The position numbers and the translations under genes were made by a program. The notes under the pieces are model-generated. The model did not search any database and was not told where the DNA came from. It worked only from the letters and a program-made list of their open reading frames with translations. A stretch of 59,005 bases of DNA from Myxococcota bacterium (GTDB lineage: Bacteria > Myxococcota_C > UBA6777), in the NCBI GenBank assembly GCA_023150835.1, contig JAKLKB010000112.1, positions 1 to 59,005 on the forward strand. The letters run 5' to 3'. This document shows positions 55,112-59,005 of the stretch, one piece after another (position 1 is the first letter of the stretch; every line of letters begins with the position of its first letter).

Positions 55112-55232
55112 AAAAACCCCGTGTTCGCGCCGCTCCAAGCGGAGCCGTTGTGGATTTGAAAAACGTGTGTTCGTTCCGCCAACACGGGGTCAAGGGGCGA
55201 TAGTCCCTTGTGGGGTCTGGGGCAAAGCCCCA
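55112..55232 (+). repeat. Family B structured repeat between convergent genes
   Basis: CCCCGTGTT...AACACGGGG stem, then GGGGTCAAGGGG..CCCTTG and TGGGGCAAAGCCCCA hairpins. Confidence 0.82.
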
Positions 55233-55289
55233 AAAAAACCAACCGCGTAATCATCTCACCATCCGCCCGATGCGATGGGAGCGATGGGG

Positions 55290-58289
55290 TTATGGCAGGG
55301 GTAAGGTGCGGTAGCGATCACGAAGCAAGGTTTGGCGCGAGTGGAGGGGGACAGGTTGGCCGTGGATCCAGATGCGGACGGGGCGGGAGGAAAGTTCGAG
55401 CGGATCGTTTTTCCATAGGACGATGTTGGCATAAGCGTTGGCGCGCAAAACGCCGTAATCTCGGATACCAAAGATCTCAAAGAAGTGGCGCGAGAGTCCC
55501 GCAAGAGCGGTGGCATGAGGGAGGCCGTGCGCAACCATGATGCCGACTTCTTGGAGGGTATTTCGGATAAAGTGCGCACGTTCGGGCGGAGTGAAGGCAA
55601 ATACCACACCCGCTTTGGCGAGCAGAGCGGCATTTTCAAAGCGGCTGTGAAGCGTATCGAAAGATCGAGGGAGATTGTTGGCCGAGCCGAGCAGTACGGG
55701 GATACGGGCTTTTGCAAGATCATCGGCGACCTTCCAACCTTCGGCAACTCCGCTCAACACAAGGCGGATGCGTTGGGCTTTTGCGAAACGGATAGCGCGT
55801 CGGATCTCTTCGGCTCGATGGAGGCTCAAGACCAGCGGGATCTGCCGACGCAAGACAAGGCCGAGGGCTTCGAGGTGGATGCGAGGCAGACTGAGTGTGC
55901 GGAGCTTTCCGAGGTTGTAGGCTGTTTTGTTGGCGTGATAAAAGCGTGCATCGTCGAGCGCTTCGCGTAGTTTGAGCCAAGCATGGGCCGTCGATCCGCG
56001 CCAACCACTTCCAAACCCCGCGTGGAGCGCAAGCGGAGTGTCATAGACGTGTGGCCCTTGTTTTCCGCCGAGGCTGATCAGCGCGGATTGGCCCGAGACA
56101 AGGCCGTTGATCGGAGCGATCTCGGCTTGCGTGATACCGCTGAGTCTTGCGACAGGCAATGTCACACTGCGCGGGTGGAAGCCTTCGCTCACTTGAAAGG
56201 CTGGCTTGATATCCAAAGGGCTGAGCATCTTGTCGTTTTGGGTGTTGGATTCGGCCATCACTTCGGTGAGTCCAAGCCCTGTTTGGGCCACCGCAAAGCC
56301 CGGCGTCACAAGGTAGTCCGATCCTTGAATCACTTTGCAGGAGCCCGCATAGCTCGAAAGATTCGGACCTACCGCCACGATCTGCTTTCCTCGCCACACC
56401 ACGTCCCCACGCGATGCAGGCGTCAACATGGTGTGAAGCATGGCTTGGCGGATCATCACACAAGGCGTTTTCGTACTGGCCTCTGTTTGTGTATGAGAGG
56501 CCGAACGCACGGATGCTTGGGAGGCTGAACGCGCCGATGCCTTGGCGTCGAGATGAGGCCGCTGCACCGTGTTGATCTCGGTCTGTGGGCGTTCTGTGGT
56601 GGTGTTGGGTGCGGGGTGTTCTGTGGTGGTGTTTGGTGCGGGACGCTCCGTTTGCGCCGTCGAAAGTCTTTGTGATGGGGAGGGCCTTTGTAGTTGGGGT
56701 CGCATCCGAGAAGGCGTTTCGCTGGTTTCGGAGGATGCGGGCTTTTGCGTGCGCAAGGGGCCGTTGGAAGGGATGGGGGAGGTTGGAAGAGAGGTGGTGG
56801 ATGGGTAGATCGCGGTGTCGTCGGTGAGACCGATCTCGAAATCGGTCATCGGACGGGGCTTTTGTCGATCATAGACGATCTGACCGTCGATGAACACATT
56901 CGAGGTGCGGGTATAAACACGCAATGGATGGCCGTCCCATATCGTGATATCGGCGTATTTTCCGACCTCAAGTGTGCCGACATACGCATCGATGCCCAAA
57001 GCCCACGCAGGATTGCGCGTCACCCAACGGATGGCCTCGTCTTCGCTGAGCTTCAGTCCCATCGCAAGCCCCCGATAATAGGCTTTGGCGGCTTCTTGGT
57101 TGAGCCGCTGGATACCCACCGAAGAATCTGAGTGGATGATCGCACGTCCCCCCGCAGCTGCGATCAACGGGGCATTTTCCTCGATGGTGTCAAAGGCTTC
57201 CATCTTAAAACCCCACCAATCGGCCCACAACGATGCAGCGATCTGCTCTTTCGCAAGGATATCTCGGATCTTGTAAGCTTCGATCGCGTGATGAAACGAG
57301 CGGATGCGAAAACCAAACTCACCCGCAAGAGCGATCATCCAACGCATCTCATCGGCGCGATAACAGTGGATATGCACAAGATGTTTGCCCTCGATGACGC
57401 CTTGAAGCACCTCAAGGTTGAGATCGCGTGTGGGGGCTTGGGGAGGCTTGGGCGGATCTGTCGGTGGCTTGGGCGAAATCGGAGCCGATGTGGATGCCGC
57501 AGAAGTCGGTGCCTTGGGGGTTTTAGACGCATCGGTGTTTTTGGGGGATGGCGTTTGGGCGGAGCTTGCAGCGGTGGCCTTCGTTGCGTGTTTTTTGTTC
57601 CATCTCGCGAGGTCGCGTTGGTAGTCGTCCCAACGCTGCTTGTATTCGCGGGCTTGTTGGAAGGCCATGCGCATCAGGGCGATATTGCCCATCCGTGTGC
57701 GGGTTTGGTTGCGATGCACGCGCTTGGGATTTTCACCGCATGCCATCTTGACGCCGTAAGGTGCGAGCGGAAAACGCATCTCTTGAACCGTCCGTTTCAA
57801 GCGCAAACGCACGATCAAGCTGCGCCCACCGATTAAGTTGGCCGAACCCGGCAAGATCTGAGCGGTAGTGGTTCCACCTTCAACTGCACGTGGGATCGCG
57901 GGATCTTGGGGCCAAAAGGCGTGTTCTGCGCTTGCATAAGCCGTGATGGCCTTGACCATCTCGTTGCCATCCGCGTGCGCAGAAGCCCAAGGGATCGGAT
58001 ACACCCCGATATGCGAATGGGTGTCGATCAAGCCCGGTGTAAGATGTTTTCCGCGAACGTCCAAGACCATCGCGCCATTTGCCGAAAGATGCCGACCGAT
58101 CGCCGCGATCTTTCCGTCGCGCACAAGCAGATCGTGATCCTTCAAGATCGCTCCTGTCGCCGTCCACAGCGTCCCTCCGCGCAACAGCAGATCTCGCCGA
58201 AGAGGCGCTGCTTCAAGAGGCTTCGTCGTCTGGTCGAGCCACACAAGTGACAAACTACACCACAGAAACAATCTGAAACGTCGTATCAT
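55290..58289 (-). CDS. Secreted double-domain amidohydrolase (two fused amidohydrolase-family domains)
   Basis: Domain 1: PGLIDTHSH, KMACGENPKR, HCYRADE, HSDS, GTLEVGKYAD. Domain 2: TPGF..QTGLG, G.L....AN..LW..DPLE, lacking HxH. Confidence 0.9.
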   Translation of the reverse strand: MIRRFRLFLWCSLSLVWLDQTTKPLEAAPLRRDLLLRGGTLWTATGAILKDHDLLVRDGKIAAIGRHLSANGAMVLDVRGKHLTPGLIDTHSHIGVYPIPWASAHADGNEMVKAITAYASAEHAFWPQDPAIPRAVEGGTTTAQILPGSANLIGGRSLIVRLRLKRTVQEMRFPLAPYGVKMACGENPKRVHRNQTRTRMGNIALMRMAFQQAREYKQRWDDYQRDLARWNKKHATKATAASSAQTPSPKNTDASKTPKAPTSAASTSAPISPKPPTDPPKPPQAPTRDLNLEVLQGVIEGKHLVHIHCYRADEMRWMIALAGEFGFRIRSFHHAIEAYKIRDILAKEQIAASLWADWWGFKMEAFDTIEENAPLIAAAGGRAIIHSDSSVGIQRLNQEAAKAYYRGLAMGLKLSEDEAIRWVTRNPAWALGIDAYVGTLEVGKYADITIWDGHPLRVYTRTSNVFIDGQIVYDRQKPRPMTDFEIGLTDDTAIYPSTTSLPTSPIPSNGPLRTQKPASSETSETPSRMRPQLQRPSPSQRLSTAQTERPAPNTTTEHPAPNTTTERPQTEINTVQRPHLDAKASARSASQASVRSASHTQTEASTKTPCVMIRQAMLHTMLTPASRGDVVWRGKQIVAVGPNLSSYAGSCKVIQGSDYLVTPGFAVAQTGLGLTEVMAESNTQNDKMLSPLDIKPAFQVSEGFHPRSVTLPVARLSGITQAEIAPINGLVSGQSALISLGGKQGPHVYDTPLALHAGFGSGWRGSTAHAWLKLREALDDARFYHANKTAYNLGKLRTLSLPRIHLEALGLVLRRQIPLVLSLHRAEEIRRAIRFAKAQRIRLVLSGVAEGWKVADDLAKARIPVLLGSANNLPRSFDTLHSRFENAALLAKAGVVFAFTPPERAHFIRNTLQEVGIMVAHGLPHATALAGLSRHFFEIFGIRDYGVLRANAYANIVLWKNDPLELSSRPVRIWIHGQPVPLHSRQTLLRDRYRTLPLP

Positions 58290-58532
58290 CCGAAGATATC
58301 TCCATCTTTAACGCCTCAACCTATCTTGGGCACAGCCCGCAGGATACCAAAAAAGCACGATCCGACAAGCAACCGATACGAAAAAGGCCGTTGTTTCGGC
58401 GCGGGCGGTTCCCGAACCGCCTGTGTATCGGGACATAGAGCAGCGAACGGACAGGCTCACACCACCACAGATTGTACCCCTGTAAGCGGGGGAGGGCTGG
58501 TGAGGGGTACAACTTGGCAGAGCCATATTCGA

Positions 58533-58846
58533 GAGTGGCAGCGTTGTTTAGAGGAGTGGTAGTGTTGTTTAGAGGAGTGGTAGTGTTGTTTAGAGGAGTG
58601 GTAGTGTTGTTTTTGAAGAGTGGTAGTGTTGTTTAGAGGAGTGGTAGTGTTGTTTAGAGGAGTGGTAGTGTTGTTTTTGAAGAGTGGTAGTGTTGTTTAG
58701 AGGAGTGGTAGTGTTGTTTTTGAAGAGTGGTAGTGTTGTTTAGAGGAATGGTAGTGTTGTTTAGAGGAGTGGTAGTGTTGTTTAGAGGAGTGGTAGTGTT
58801 GTTTAGAGGAATGGTAGTGTTGTTTAGAGGAATGGTAGTGTTGTTT
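58533..58846. repeat. Tandem array of 15 x 21/22-bp units GAGTGGTAGTGTTGTTTAGAG
   Basis: Mostly 21-bp units, three 22-bp variants (..TTTTTGAA), last copy truncated; no spacers. Confidence 0.95.
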
Positions 58847-58885
58847 TGTCAGAAAGAAAGAATGCTGTTCGTTTCGTGGTGCGTC

Positions 58886-59005
58886 GTACAAAACCCGCCC
58901 GTTTTGTGATCGTACAGAGGTAGTGGCAGCCCCCTGTGGCTGCCCAATAATCGGGCGTCTATGTATTAAAACCCGCCCGTTTTGTGATCGTACAGAGGTA
59001 GTGGC
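58886..59005 (+). repeat. Family A-related REP/MITE, tandem partial copies at the window edge
   Basis: AAAACCCGCCCGTTTTGTGATCGTACAGAGGTAGTGGC x2; GGCAGCC..GGCTGCCC..ATCGGGCGTCTA. Confidence 0.78.

Noticed and set aside
58533-58846. CRISPR array
   Set aside because: Units are head-to-tail with no unique spacers, and there are no cas genes in the window

Overview
A 59-kb chromosomal-type bacterial region of about 45 CDSs with moderately high GC. It is most consistent with a Myxococcota-like organism (inference from the Cys-rich 'D-x-x-H-C-G-x-C' repeat protein, a DUF4398/TSP3/OmpA lipoprotein pair, a TonB-box-fused TonB-dependent receptor and many Pro-rich secreted proteins). Housekeeping and envelope genes include csrA, exbB-exbD-tonB-TBDR, lolC/E, murI-ftsE-ftsX-envC-ctpA, thiolase, riboflavin synthase, PolX-PHP, three tandem cyclophilins, an M14 peptidase and a double amidohydrolase. 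The most notable accessory features are: (1) a coupled pair of secreted proteins, one an extremely cationic Gln/Lys/Arg-repeat protein and the other a transglutaminase/papain-like Cys-His-Asp enzyme, downstream of a frameshifted MORN-repeat gene; (2) a short major-vault-protein-like (MVP repeats + SPFH shoulder + coiled coil) gene; (3) a HEARO/omega-RNA-like scaffold at the left edge, with a remnant of the same element end supplying the riboflavin synthase stop codon; (4) two secreted cyclophilins with a 4-Cys insert next to the active site; (5) a rich intergenic mobilome of two dispersed MITE/REP families, a nested TIR+TSD MITE, and several tandem arrays including a 15x21-bp array. No CRISPR-Cas, tRNA or rRNA was recognised. 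All family assignments are by eye from motifs; no database searches were run.
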